Source: Octopus vulgaris
Lineage: Eukaryota
Direction: 5' to 3'
Assembly (NCBI GenBank): GCA_951406725.2
Contig: OX597818.1
Location: 111,848,001-111,912,000, forward strand
Length of the DNA stretch: 64,000 nucleotides
Positions 44,574 through 57,845 of the stretch are shown one piece after another. The position numbers and the translations under genes were made by a program. Each line of letters opens with the position of its first letter. Positions within the stretch are counted from its first letter, which is position 1. Below the pieces are notes generated by a model. The model searched no databases and was not told the DNA's origin. It saw nothing but the letters and a program-made list of their open reading frames with translations.

Positions 44574-45659
44574 CATGCGTGTGTATGCATGTATGTATGT
44601 ATGTATGTATGTATGTATGTATGTATGTATGTATGTATGTATGTATGTATGTATGTATGTATGTATGTATATATATATATATATAATATAATATAATATG
44701 TGACAATTAGTCGGTTGCCATAATAAAACTCGGAGTTTCGGATGTCGGGGCGGAAGTCTGCTCCTGCAGTTATTAAGGCAAACAAAAATGATATATAAAC
44801 TCGTACAGAGTTCTCGATAGATAAGGACTGATTTTATTTGATAAAATAGCTCTTTTAAGAGTTCTTAACCGATGAGATTACCAATAAATTTTTTGTTATA
44901 TTTCAAAATATTTCACATTTCGAAACACCATAATTCTTGCTAATGTTATCTCGCCACAAATATCAAATGGAACCATGGAAACGTTTAGAAAGAAAAATTC
45001 TCATTCAAATAATTTCAATTATTTAGAGAATAAATTATCTGAGGCTTTTTGATAGAAAGGAAATTCTACTTCTCGGTCAAAACGTTTGAAACATAAATGA
45101 AATTGTATTTTTGTTTATTGGTGTTTCTTGTACACAACAATCAGCGATGCAGCAGAATGAGTTATGTGCGATATTTATATCGTTATATATCGTTGCCTGT
45201 GATCTTCTGTTCAAATACCACGGGGAGCAGGTTTTTACCTTTTATGTCCGTCACATCGACAGAAATCAATACTGACATGAAAATGTCGCTCAATGAGTTG
45301 ATTATTCTCTTACTCATCAACAAGTGACAAACTGTCCAACAAATACCAGAAGAAAATTATAATCACTTTTACTGTTAATGTTTGTACCGCTGCTGCTGCT
45401 GTTGTTGTTGTTGTTGTTATTATTATTATTATTATTATTATTGTTGTTGTTGTTGTTGTTACTATGTTCCTTCACTCAGCATTTCGCTGTTGATGTCCCG
45501 GTATGGGATTGCTGGATATCAAACAGCATCTCGTAGCCATTACTACTACTATCACCTCGCGCCTGTTTTATAGTCCTTGCTATGCTAAGGACTATACGAA
45601 CAATTAATAGTGGCAGTAGTAGTAGTGGTGGTGGTGGTGCTCCTACTACTTCTACTACT

Positions 45660-46055
45660 TATTTCTTTACTGCCCACAAGGGGCTACACACAGAGAGACA
45701 AACGGATTAAGTCGATTATATCGACACAGTGTGTAACTGGTACTTATTTAATCGACCCCGAAAGGATGAAAGGCAAAGTCGACCTCGGCGGAATTTGAAC
45801 TCAGAACGTAACGGCAGACAAAATACCTATTTCTTTACTACCCACAAGGGGCTAAACACAGACAGGACAATCAAGGACAGACACACGGATTAAGTGGATT
45901 ACAACGATCATAGTGCGTAACTGGTACTTAATTTATCGACCCCGAAAAGATGAAAGGCAAAGTCGACCTCGGCGGAATTTGAACTCAGAACGTAACGGCA
46001 GACAAAATACGGCTACGCATTTCGCCCGGCGTGCTAACGCTTCATCCACCTCGCT
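45660..46055 (-). mobile_element. SINE family B tandem dimer
   Basis: Two ~170-185-bp units joined at AAATACC|TATTTCTTT (45826). Confidence 0.9.
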
Positions 46056-46074
46056 GTCTTACTACTACTACTAC

Positions 46075-46520
46075 TTGTCAGTTATTAGACTGAGGCATGC
46101 TGGGGTACCATCTTCAAAATTTTTAGCCGAACCCCTGTACTTATTTTCCTTAAAGCCTGACACTTACTCTGCTATGTTTTGCCGAACCGCTAAGTCACAG
46201 GGACATAAACACACTAACACCGGTTGTCAAGCGGTAGTGGGGTATAAACACGGACACAAAGACACTCATACACACACACGCGCATATATACATGTTTGTG
46301 TGTGTGGATACGCAATGGCCCAGTCGTTACGGCAGCGGACTTGCGGTTGTAGGATCGCGGTTTCGATTCCCAGACCGGGCGTTGTGAGTGCTTATTGTAC
46401 GAAAACGCCTAAAAGCTCCACGAGGCTCCGGCAGTGGGTGGTGGCGAACCCTGCTGTGCTCTTTCACCACAACTTTCTCTCACTCTTTCTTCCCGTTTCT
46501 GTTGTACCTGTATTTCAAAG
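46075..46520. mobile_element. SINE A 3' half (46075-46265, -) and SINE C 5' part (46305-46520, +)
   Basis: Family motifs as above. Confidence 0.8.
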
Positions 46521-46529
46521 GACCAGTTT

Positions 46530-46993
46530 ACTGCCGATGCCTTTTCATCTGTGTAACGAAGAAAGCCTTAGAAGGTGCAGAATGTTTGGGCGACATCGTA
46601 GGGCTTGAAATAAATTCATAATTTTACACACAAATGCAAAAAAACACTACACGCTCGCCACCCGTATTTCGTTTTCCATACAATATGTGCGATTCTTTGT
46701 TTACTCATCTACGGTACACTACGTTCTTTTTTAAAGTATTTTAATTAATGTGTTATAGAGAGCAGTACTGTACTATATTTTTCATTAATTAGTTTATTAA
46801 TTTTTAGGCGTGAAAATGTTTATTTCATCACAGAAATATTTAAAATCTAAAAAGATATAAATACCTATTGGTGGCAGAAACTCGCGATATACTGAGGAGT
46901 CCGCGATATAAATATACATATATTAACCAGAAAAATCCGTGATATACTGAAGGAATGATAGGTGAACCGTGATATGGCGAGTGATTACCGTAC
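46530..46993. mobile_element. pogo/Tigger-like DNA transposon remnant (one end)
   Basis: Right end …GGTGAACCGTGATATGGCGAGTGATTACCG-TA, with subterminal CGCGATATA repeats typical of Tigger-like ends. The other end was not found. Confidence 0.5.
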
Positions 46994-47045
46994 AAATATG
47001 TATGCGCGTGTATGTGAGTACTTATGCACACGCACACACACACAT

Positions 47046-47118
<73 letters not shown>

Positions 47119-47119
<1 letters not shown>

Positions 47120-47270
47120 GGCTTCTTTCAGTTTCCGTCTACCAAATCCACTCACAAGGCTTTGGTCGGCCCGAGGGTATAGTAGAAGACCCTTGCCCAA
47201 GGTGCCACGCAGTAGCACTGAATCCAGAACCATGTGGTCGGTAAGCAATTTTCTTACCACACAGCCACTC
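47119..47270 (-). mobile_element. SINE family A 5' half
   Basis: Near-consensus head and CORE. Confidence 0.88.
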
Positions 47271-48287
47271 ACACACTTAAGACCTTTTCATACATGCCCA
47301 TACGCACATAATTTCACTTGGCTCGGCCATTTATCACTTAACATCAATTTTCTCTGAAGGAGCAAGAATTATTTGCGAGGTGTTAAACTGTTATTAAAAG
47401 ATGTGTCATTTTAATCACCTCACTGAACTATGAAAAGAAATAAATTGTGACCCACATTTTAACGAAGACATGTACAAAGAGAATTTTAAAAATCAATCTT
47501 TTCTCTAAATAAAAGCATGCCATCTATAAACCATCGATGCTTTCTTCTGAATAATCACCCTTGTTAGTGGACAAAGCGATCAGTAGTGCTATAGAAAATT
47601 CTAGTGGTAATTTTTATTAATCTCCGTGTTATTGAGAAAATATAAAGTCAATGGTAGTTGTCTGTACTTTCAGAGCTCTGCGACCGCCACCACCAATTCT
47701 TAACCTTGTAATTTAAAGTTTGAAATAGGAAAAAGTAAATATAACAGAAATGAAACAGAAATAAAGTAGAAATATAATGAAAATAGCATGGAATTAAATA
47801 GGGAGTGTATAGATCGGAGGAAAATAACGAAATATTGAATTTAGTTCAGCTTGGAATGTAGCAGCAGACTCGATAGCTATCGATCGTGTTCATCGGTTGT
47901 TGGGAACAAGGACTCACCTAATTTGAATCAAGGCGTGTTTTTCTGTGTTTTATTCCGTTTTATGTAATTTGTCGTTCTTTAGTTGTTTTTGACTTTTTGT
48001 TTATAACTGATTGATCTGAGGGGGACTAATTCATTGATCATAGAAAGAATTGATCGTTATATTTAGGATTCTGACACAATAAGCATCGTTAGCAGAAGTT
48101 TAGAAAAACAAAACCGAAGAAAAACAGGAATGATTCTCTGCTGTATTGCAGAAGGAAAGGTCATGAAAATCAACGCGTCCTCCTCCTGTCTCTTTCGCCG
48201 GACTAACCTAATATTCTGATTTTATTGCGAGCAGAAGCTCGATGGATCAACCGAAAGAAGTAAGCTTCAAATATTACAAATCATTAA

Positions 48288-48540
48288 GGCGGTGTGGTGA
48301 CAGAGGGGTTAGCACGCCGGGCGAAATGCGTAGCCGTATTTCGTCTGCCGCTACGTTCTGAGTTCAAATCCGCCGAGGTTGACTTTTGCCTTTCATCCTT
48401 TTGGATGTTGCATTCTGGGGTCGATCTAATCGACTGGCCTCCTTCCCCCCCAAAATAAGTCCTGGCGGTCGGTATCTTCGACTAAAACCCTTTAAAGTGG
48501 TGCTCCAGCAAGGGTGCAGTCAAAAACCTAAAACAAGTAA
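48288..48540 (+). mobile_element. SINE B (48288-48450) joined to a SINE A tail (48455-48540)
   Basis: Family motifs as above. Confidence 0.75.
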
Positions 48541-49032
48541 AAAAAAAATTCCATCGGTTAAACCTGACTCATGGTACTTCCATGAACTGCTGTAGATATT
48601 CACAACCAGCATTTCTCACATCCAATCTTACCAAACTGGTTATCGGGTTGAATGTCCCCTAAAACAACCTGCTGGCTGATTAAAGGTTACGACCAGAGTT
48701 TCTCTTGTGAAAGAAATCTTCCACCACAGAAGCCCTAAAGGTTCCATTCGCTGCGTTGTCCGATTAATGGACAGCTGTGAGTTCGAACACCTGAAAACAC
48801 TTTAGATCTAGATGCACTGTCATGACCATTGCCCTATCCGAGACTGCAGCTTCGTTAATGATAGGAGGTGATAATTTAGTCCTTTTTGGAAAGAATCTCT
48901 AACGATCAGGCTGATTGGAAATGGATGAAACACCTGTGAACATAAATCAATTGGAATGGAGTCAACTTAAGGCTATAAACCCTTTTTTCTCTTTCTCCTT
49001 CTCCTTCTCCTCCCGCCACAGTCATCTTCCTC

Positions 49033-49385
49033 ACCACCACCACCACCACCACCACCACCTCAATAACCACCACCACCATAACCACCTCAATAACCACCGC
49101 CACCACCACCACCACCACCACCACCACCGCCGCTGCAGTATCTCCTCCACAATCAGCAGTATCTCCTCCATCACCTCATCCACCATCATCACCTCATCCA
49201 CCATCATCTCCTCCACCATTTCTTCTTCTACCACAAAAACCACTGTCACCACCACCTCCACCAGCGCCACCAGCAACAGCACCAGCACTATCGCCAGCAC
49301 CACCACCACCACCACAACCACCATCATCATCGTCATCATCATCATCATCATCTTCACCACCACCGCCACCACCATCATCATCATC
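49033..49385. repeat. (CAC)/(CAT)-type trinucleotide low-complexity tract
   Basis: Direct reading. Confidence 0.92.
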
Positions 49386-49860
49386 GGTGAATGACAGCAA
49401 CAACTACATCAACACCATAACAAACTGCCTCGGTTTTTGGTGGATGTCTTCTCTCTCAGTAGAAGTTAATCGAATGTACACACTATTGATCTCTGTTCGA
49501 TAAAACACTGACTATAGGTTATTGACTATAAGGTTATTGTACTCAAAGTTTGTATCCGCAGCCAGGCATTCTACATTAGCGGCGATTATACTTACTTCCA
49601 GGTCAGATGAATTCCGTGTCTCACCGAAACAACTACCAAAGTGTGCTTTCACATAAATAAAAGCTGACCACCATTACTCAGCCTTCCCATGAAATTAAAT
49701 CAATGGAAATGTGGCAACAAAGGCCGATTCTGAACTAACTCTTTATAATGCAGTCTTGTAGTGTTGGATTTCTTAAAGAAGCGAAACTATTCTTTATCTA
49801 TTTAAACATTTAAGTCACCCTGATGAGACATCTAACAGAATAATAGTGAATCCTACATAA

Positions 49861-50225
49861 GGCGGTGAACTTGACAGAAACGTTAGCACGCCGGACGAAA
49901 TGCTTTGCGGTAAACCGTATGTCTTTACGTTCTGAGTTCAAATTTCGCCGAGGTCGACTTTGCCTTTCATTCTTTCGGAGGTCGATAAATTAATTACCTA
50001 TTTCTTTATTACCCACAAGGGGCTAAACACAGAGGGGACAAACAAGGACAGACATAGGTATTAAGTCGATTACATCGACCCCAGTGCGTAACTGGTACTT
50101 AATTTATCGACCCCGAAAGGATGAAAGGCAAAGTCGACCTCGGCGGAATTTGAACTCACAACGTAACGACAGACGAAATACCGCAAAGCATTTCGCCCGG
50201 CTTGCTAACGCTTCTGCCAGCTCGC
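49861..50225. mobile_element. Two SINE B copies fused tail-to-tail (49861-49993 +, 49995-50225 -)
   Basis: About 130 bp of head/body sequence is present in both orientations. Confidence 0.9.
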
Positions 50226-50918
50226 GTACTCGTAGTTGAGTACCAGTGGCGTGTTGGTAGTAAATAACACGATGTTATCTATTCTAATATTCCACGACCA
50301 AACACTGAGATATTTGATGACGATTCGTCGAGATGAGTTTACGGACAGGGTTGCATCTGCAAAATTTAGTTCTAGATTTTTGAATTTCTGTTGATAGTAA
50401 TAAGTGTGTGTCGGGGCCGGTTGTCCCTGTGCCATCGAATATCACTTCTGATGCGACTTTTTCTACGGTCATAGTTATTCTGTTACTGTGCATACAAGGG
50501 GCAATACTGCCCAGTATAACTTTCAATTAAGGCAGCGCTGACTGATTTTAAGGTTATCTTAGTACTATATGTAGCTGATCGGTAAACGAGGGCGCGATTA
50601 CATAGTTACAGTATATAAAATGTTAAAATAAACATCGCCATTAATAAGTCCCTATCTATGTGAGAAACCAACTCCTTCTTGAGAGGAGTTCCTACTGACT
50701 GTAAAACATGCCAATAGAATATATATACAAATTATTTAACTTTGAGTTACTCTTTCACTGCTTTCAAACCTAAAGGCCTGGGGAAAGTTTAGCTCCAAAA
50801 TATTCAATATTCAAAACACACACACACACACTCACAGAGAGAAACACATACATCTATGTATATATGTATGTATGTATGCATGCAATATACATGTTTATAT
50901 AATATATATATATAAGTA

Positions 50919-50976
<58 letters not shown>

Positions 50977-51091
50977 GTATTGGAATCTAGAAGACCTGAA
51001 GAGCTTATAATTTTCAACTTAAAAGGTATGTTAAAATGCTGATAAAATTTTGTTTGGAAGATATTATCCTTATAGTAGAAATACACACACG

Positions 51092-51122
<31 letters not shown>

Positions 51123-51708
51123 GCATTAATATAATTTTAAGTGAAAGCATTGGTTGGCATTCACAGAGAAATTTTATTCCATGAGAGAGAGAAATACATA
51201 CATACGCACACAGACACACACTCACGCATATATAGACCATGTGTATTTGCGTGCGTGTTTGAGTGAGTATGTATGTGTGTTTGCATGTGTGTGTGTGTGT
51301 ATAACAAAGTGTCAAAGAAATTTGAGAGCAGGCACGTTTGGATGGAAGAAGAGTAAAGGTTACGTAGATCAGGATCTTAATTTCAATTTCTCGTTAGTAA
51401 ACCTAATTGATGCAAATATTATAATTAAAAATATGGATACAAAAAAACAAAACAGACACTTGAAGATGAATGGCGTTTCTCTCATTCGTCAAGATATTTT
51501 CGTTATTTTCCTCAGTTTTTCATGCCGCCCAATTAAATATAGGCCTCTTGCATGTATTTATACACTATATTTGCAATTATTTAGAAATATATTATCTGGG
51601 AAATGGTACAAAGTGTATATAAATGTGTGTATGTATGTATACGTGTGTTTCAGTGAGTTTGCGCATGTGTGCGGTGTGTCATTCTCCTTCTCTCTCTCTC
51701 TGTATATA

Positions 51709-51745
<37 letters not shown>

Positions 51746-52013
51746 GCATATATATTTTGATATATGTAAATCTATATGTATATATATACATGTCTCTCTC
51801 TCACTCTGAATCTCTTTTTCTCTCAATCTATCTAATGTGTCTATCTATCTACCTATGTATGCATGTATGTATGTATGTATGTATGTATGTATGTATGTAT
51901 CTATCTATCTATCTATCTATCTACCTACCTATCTAAGTATACATATATGCGTATGGGTAAATACATAGATATAATAAAATATAATATAATGCGATATAAT
52001 ATACATACATACA

Positions 52014-52096
<83 letters not shown>

Positions 52097-52739
52097 TGTA
52101 TGTATGTATGTATGTATGTATGTACATATGCGTACATATATACACAATTAATATATTTTTAAGTGAATGCATTGGTTGACATTCACGGAGAAAATGTACT
52201 TCATAAGAGAGATACATACATACATACATACATACATACATACATACATACATGCATACACACACATGCACACACAGGGACTTAACGATATTTACACATT
52301 TATTCCATCAGATATATATATATACATTCTGACATATAGCTAGCTTAGATGCATCTAGGAATATCAGTTTTCATCTGTTATTTTCCTGTTGATCACGTGA
52401 AAGTAGACACATATAGATAGCACTCTCTATGAATAGAGGAAGAGACTCCGTGTATGCTCTTATATGTTGTGTATGATATTATTTTCTTACTATAAATTCC
52501 ATTTTGGAGAGGAAATATGAACATACGTCCGATGATTTTGAATGAATCATCTTGAAAAATATGAGAATGGTTCAAATGTATAAATGGAATACAGTTTAAC
52601 ATTTAATCAATCATATTTTTAAGCATAGAATCATGGCTTTACGTAAACATGTATGTATATATTAATCTGTTCCGTTCTTTTTTACATATATTATCATTCT
52701 CTCTGCTGTGATTTCAAGATATGAATATATCAAAACAAG

Positions 52740-53260
52740 TGTGCATGTATATTTATGTATGTTATTGTTCAGAATTATTCCAAGATTTCTTGCCAATAGA
52801 GAAAGAACCGATTTCTAACCAAGATTCTTCATTGGAATTTCAACATCAACAACAGGGTATGTATGTTTGTATGTATGCATTTATATATGTATGTATGTGC
52901 AGACTTCTACGTTTTGTTTTATGTATGTATTCTCATGCATATAGTTACATATCTAGATATGCTCATATATACTTAAATGATAAACTTCTGGAAAGTTTTA
53001 TAGATTTTTACAATTCCAGTAAAATGGATTGGATCTGTAGTCTTCGAATTAGCTTTCTCCTTTCTGGTTTTGAGAAGCCTGATTTCCCAAGACTGGCATT
53101 TAGTTGGGTGTGTTACATATCCCAGACCCCCAATAATTACCGGTATAAACCTGAACTTGTAATCTGGATAGAGTAACTACAAATTTTTCAATAGTTCAGC
53201 ACGTGTTCTTTTTTTTTCACTGATCTTCAGCTTTATGTCAACATCCACAGGGGAGCTCTG
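52740..53260 (-). pseudogene. Second 3' end of the RLE-LINE family seen at 42515-43150
   Basis: SSPVDVDIKLKISEKK…LLKNL*LLYPDYKFRFIPVIIGGLG…GIVKIYKTFQKFII*, plus a homologous UTR. Confidence 0.82.
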
Positions 53261-53278
53261 TCCTAAATCACACATACA

Positions 53279-53339
<61 letters not shown>

Positions 53340-53392
53340 ACACACACACAAACATACTTACACACACACAAACACACACACACACAAACACA

Positions 53393-53438
<46 letters not shown>

Positions 53439-53493
53439 TACACGCACACACACACACATACATACATACTTATATATATTTATATATATATAT

Positions 53494-53745
53494 TTCGCTT
53501 TGGGATTTGGTTTGCAAGATTCTTTATCTGAGTTCGTGTGTTGAAGCATATTCTGTTGTGTCTGGGGAGAGTCATTTTCTTTTTGTGCCTTACAATGTAA
53601 CACACTCACCGGTAAAATTTCCCCTTAGTTCATATTTATATTCTCCATATTTATATTTCTCCTAAAATTGTCGTAAAAGTTGCGTCTTGCAACCTTTTCA
53701 ATAGTCAAGACTATTGAAAAGGTTGCAAGACGCAACGAAAATTTT
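53494..53745. mobile_element. Repeat remnant ending in a perfect 28-bp palindrome (possible Penelope-like foldback end)
   Basis: Arms at 53679-53706 and 53709-53736 with a 2-nt spacer. Confidence 0.5.
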
Positions 53746-53749
53746 CTTG

Positions 53750-54025
53750 CGCTTGCGTTTCCCATCTGTTAGGGTTTGGTCTCTAAGTTCTGCAGTGACG
53801 CGAGTATCTCTTGGGGAGTCCTCGTGTCATGCATTCGAACACGGTGACCTGCCCACCTCACTTGCACTCTCCTCAGCAGTGTATGAATGACTGTAAGACC
53901 AACCCAAGAGAGGACATCCGTGTCTGGGGCCTTCTCCTACCTGGTGATTTTCATCAACTTTCTGAAGCAGTTCATGTGGAAGTGATATAGCTTTTTGGTG
54001 TGGCGTTCGCAGACAACCGAACATA
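53750..54025 (-). pseudogene. RTE-BovB LINE fragment (post-RT region)
   Basis: ERHTKKLYHFHMNCFRKLMKITR*EKAPDTDVLSWVGLTVIHTLLRRVQVRWAGHRVRMHDTR matches the RTE motif L..FH..CLR…W.D.IP.TEVL…QLRWAGHV.RM. Confidence 0.85.
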
Positions 54026-55658
54026 CAACCTAGACAGCTACGATAAAATTAATGGACAAAACTTTTATCCATTTGTATCCTGCTGTAATTAAAGTAATTA
54101 GTTGTGCATAAGGTGAATCTCTTAATATGCAGAGAATAAAGAGACACTCGACTAAACTTTATTTGCTCATAGTAATTCTGACGATATCGTCTTAGCTAAT
54201 TACAATATTAGCTAATTACCTGCTTATTACATTTCTTTCTTGTTCAAACCAGGAAAGAAGCACAGGCAGATATGAGCCAATCTCTTTACTACCAGACTGT
54301 TATTTTACGGAATCTCGTTATAGAAAGCAACTAGCAACTGGCTTATAATTCTGGATCTCACAGACTGAATCTTCCCAGACTCATTTACCTATCTCCCATT
54401 CAGTTTGAAGTGTTCTAAGCAACAAAATCAGCCACTACTGATATCCATGTGCATCTGCTCTACGTCTTTTATACGCAAGCAATGGCTTCTCAAGCGTCTC
54501 TGATTAAATTCGTTTTTGATATTTCAGGGAAATGGCCCTTGGTTGAGAATGTGCTCAGTGGATTTTATAAGTTCAGTTGCCCCACTCGTAATCTTATAAC
54601 TACATCCTCAACTCTACAAGACACGCGTGGGATATATTGAATGCACAAGTGGTATTTGGATATGAATTTATGGTGTATTTTTAATACTTATATTGTGTGG
54701 CGATAAAGGCACCCATCCATTAGGTCCCCAGTTTGCGGATAGACAAATGACCTGTAGATGTACGGGCCAGCTACGAACACTCAATAAGTAGTCCCAGACA
54801 GATTCACGAGTTGCCCTTTGGCAAGGCACAGCTCCCGTTAGCCACCCTTTCAGGGTCGCGGTGAAATCTTGAAGCCCTGAAAAGAGCAGAAATGCCGCCA
54901 CCATGGAAAGCAGGAGGGTGGTAGGGAATGAAATGCAAGGCATAAAAAAATACTTTATCTTTGGATTTCTTCCCACTTCGCAGAACAAATACCATTTTAT
55001 TAAACTTGGTCTGCGAAACCCGTCAGTTTGACTGGAACTGCAGTCGTCTATACGACCTGCGACGATAGACGAGAAAGACATTTAATACTTATTTTTAAAA
55101 TCTCCACATTTTAATTCTAAGTGTTGTTACTGGATATTTGATAAATCCCCCAGGATCTACCGGGCAGCATTGCGTGTTTACTGTAATAATAACGGATTAA
55201 ACATAATAAACGTCTGTGAGTTAAATCGTCTGTTTTCATAAGAGAATAATGTTTATTGAATTTAGAAGCTAATTTTACGCGTCAGTCATGCGAGAATTGT
55301 TTAACCAACGAAAACTCTGTATCTTGTATTTTATATTTTCACCTGTATTTATTATTTTTTAATCAGGAGGTCATTTGAAGGTCAGGAATTTGCGCCGAAA
55401 TCCCAACTGGTGGTTAACTGTTTAGCTACAACAATAACTTGTTTTTGAGCATACGTACGTTTGTACATGTATTTATGTGTGTGCTTTACACACGCACACA
55501 CATTTATACGCATACATATATACACGCACCTATCTACTTACCCACATACATACATACATACATATATACATACATACATACATACATACATTCATACATA
55601 CATACATACATACATACATACATACATACATACATACATACATACATAATTGCATATA

Positions 55659-56064
55659 TCTTTTATCTTTTACTTGTTTCAGGCTTTAGACTGTGGCCAT
55701 GCTGGGGCACCGCTTTGAAGAATTTTTACTCGAACGAACGGACCCTGGTACTTGTTTGCTTTTAAATCCTGGTACTTAATCTATCGGTATCTTTTGCCGA
55801 ACTGCTATTTAACTGGGACGTAAAGAACGCCAACACCTGTTGTTAAGGGGTGGGCGGGGCTGGTAGGTGGAGGCAAACACGCACACACTTGTATGTATAT
55901 AAGACCGGCTTCTTTCAGTTTCCATCTACGAAATCCACTCACAAGGCTTTAACCGGCCCGAGGCTGGAGTAGAAGACAATTCGCGAAGCTGCCATGCAGC
56001 GGGATGGAACAAGGAAACATGTGTTTGGGAAACAGACACCTTACCACACAGCTGAGCTTCCGCC
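55659..56064 (-). mobile_element. SINE family A, full length
   Basis: Head, CORE, short microsatellite and 3' half. Confidence 0.82.
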
Positions 56065-56489
56065 TATATGTATATGTATGTAGGTATGTATGTATGCATG
56101 CATGTATGTATGTATATATGTCTGTCTGTATGCATGCTTGTATGTGTGTATGTATGTATGCATGTATGTATGTATCTATGTATGCATGCATGTATGTATG
56201 TATATATGTATATATGCATGTATGCATTTATGCATGTATTATGTATGCATGTATTATGTATGCATGTATGTATATATATCTGTCTGTATGTATATTTGTA
56301 TATATGTATGTGCAAGTATGTAAGTATGTATCTATGCATGTATATACGTATGTATATATGTATGTACGCATGTATATATGTATGTAAGCATGTATGTATG
56401 CATGTATGCATGTATTTATGTAGTATGTATGTCTAACAGCTGAACACTACACAGTTTTTCTTTCCCTTTTTATTTTTCATTCTCTCTCT

Positions 56490-56615
56490 CTATTTCCTCG
56501 TATATCTCTCTGTCGAAGAGCGTTGGCTGGAAACGTAAAAGACCTTTCCATCATTCTCGGGCTTAAACTAACACACCTGCTTATTGTTCCCACACCTGTC
56601 TCCTTCTTTTGTCTT
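56490..56615 (+). mobile_element. Penelope-like terminal fragment
   Basis: CTGTCGAAGAGCGTTGGCTGGAAACGTAAAAGAC…TTAAACTAA, homologous to 15460-15536 and 31640-31775. Confidence 0.6.
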
Positions 56616-56636
56616 TCTATAAAGTTTCTATCTATC

Positions 56637-56684
<48 letters not shown>

Positions 56685-57424
56685 TACATATATACATATA
56701 CATATATATACACACACATACATACATATATATAGTGTATGTATACATATGTGTGCTTATATATAATTCTGTGTTTGAACTTGTGTGTATGTGTGACCGT
56801 ATGTGTGTGTGTGTGCATAATACCACTATTCTTCATACTACGTAGCATGAAATCAGCTGTCTTAGTCGATTGTCTTGTAGTCTTCAATCACAAAACAGCG
56901 GCCCTCTAATATCATTAACATCAATGACTACTGAATCGCGCTTTTGTATTGCAGGGAACAGATAGAGCGCAGTGATGTATTAAAATGAATAATACATACC
57001 ATATAGTTTACAATGAGATAATCATACAGGAATTTTATCATGACAATAAGATTTGAATCATTGCTCTACAAGACATGACGGAGTATTTAGTGAACTTAGT
57101 GAATTTAGTGACTCGAATATATCTACATACTGCATTGGCACCAGTTCTCTTCAATCATTGTCTTTACCATTTCACTCTTTCAAAGCAGCAGGAATGTATC
57201 AATATACATAATACATATGCAATAACCAATGGCGTGATATTTAAAATTAAAACTGCACAGGTATGAGAAGTATGAGTGAGTGTGTGTGTATATAAGTGTA
57301 GGTGTATATATATATAGTAAATTCCCCACCCAAAAACGAAGACCAAGCACAAAAAAGAAACAACAACGCGAGAACGTGGTGCATGTAAATTATTATCAGA
57401 CGCTCAGCGAAGGAAAAAAAGATG

Positions 57425-57459
57425 GTTTAATGTTTCGAGCAACGCTCTTCTTCAGAAAC
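57425..57459 (-). ncRNA. Minimal hammerhead ribozyme motif in a Penelope-like fragment (~57330-57540)
   Basis: gttt-CTGAAGA-a-gagc(gtt)gctc-GAAA-ca-TT-aaac. The helix III palindrome is broken by one substitution. Confidence 0.5.
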
Positions 57460-57563
57460 AGAGGAAAGTCCAATAGAAAAGGAAGACGGAGGAAGAAAAT
57501 CGCCAACGATTCACATGTGGGTTACATTTTGAAAATGTATAATATATATATATATATATATGC

Positions 57564-57845
57564 AGGCACAGCTGTGGCTGCGTGTTAAGAAGTCTAATTT
57601 CCAATCACACACACATATGTGTGTGCGTGTGAGTGTGTGTGTGTGTGTTTGTGTGGCTTTGTGTGTGTATATGTCGATATGTTTATATCTCCGTAACTTA
57701 GCGCTTCGGTACAAGAAACCGACAGAATAAGTACCGGGCTGAAAAAATAAGGAAGCACTGGGGGCGATTCGTTCGACTAAAATTCTTGAAGGCAGAGCCC
57801 TAGCATGGTCGTAGTCTAATGACTAAAGCAGGTAAAGATTAAGAA
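57564..57845 (+). mobile_element. SINE family A, internally deleted
   Basis: Head start, microsatellite and 3' half. Confidence 0.75.

Noticed and set aside
48915-49394. 159-aa His/Ser/Thr-rich ORF
   Set aside because: It lies almost wholly in a (CAC)/(CAT) repeat, has a non-ATG start in the track and no domain or splice support.
49815-49850. CTGATGA at 49820 (similar case at 28483)
   Set aside because: Lacks a paired helix II and the GAAA/UH arrangement.
54668-55081. 137-aa minus-strand ORF
   Set aside because: No recognisable domain; overlaps a probable retroelement UTR on the opposite strand.
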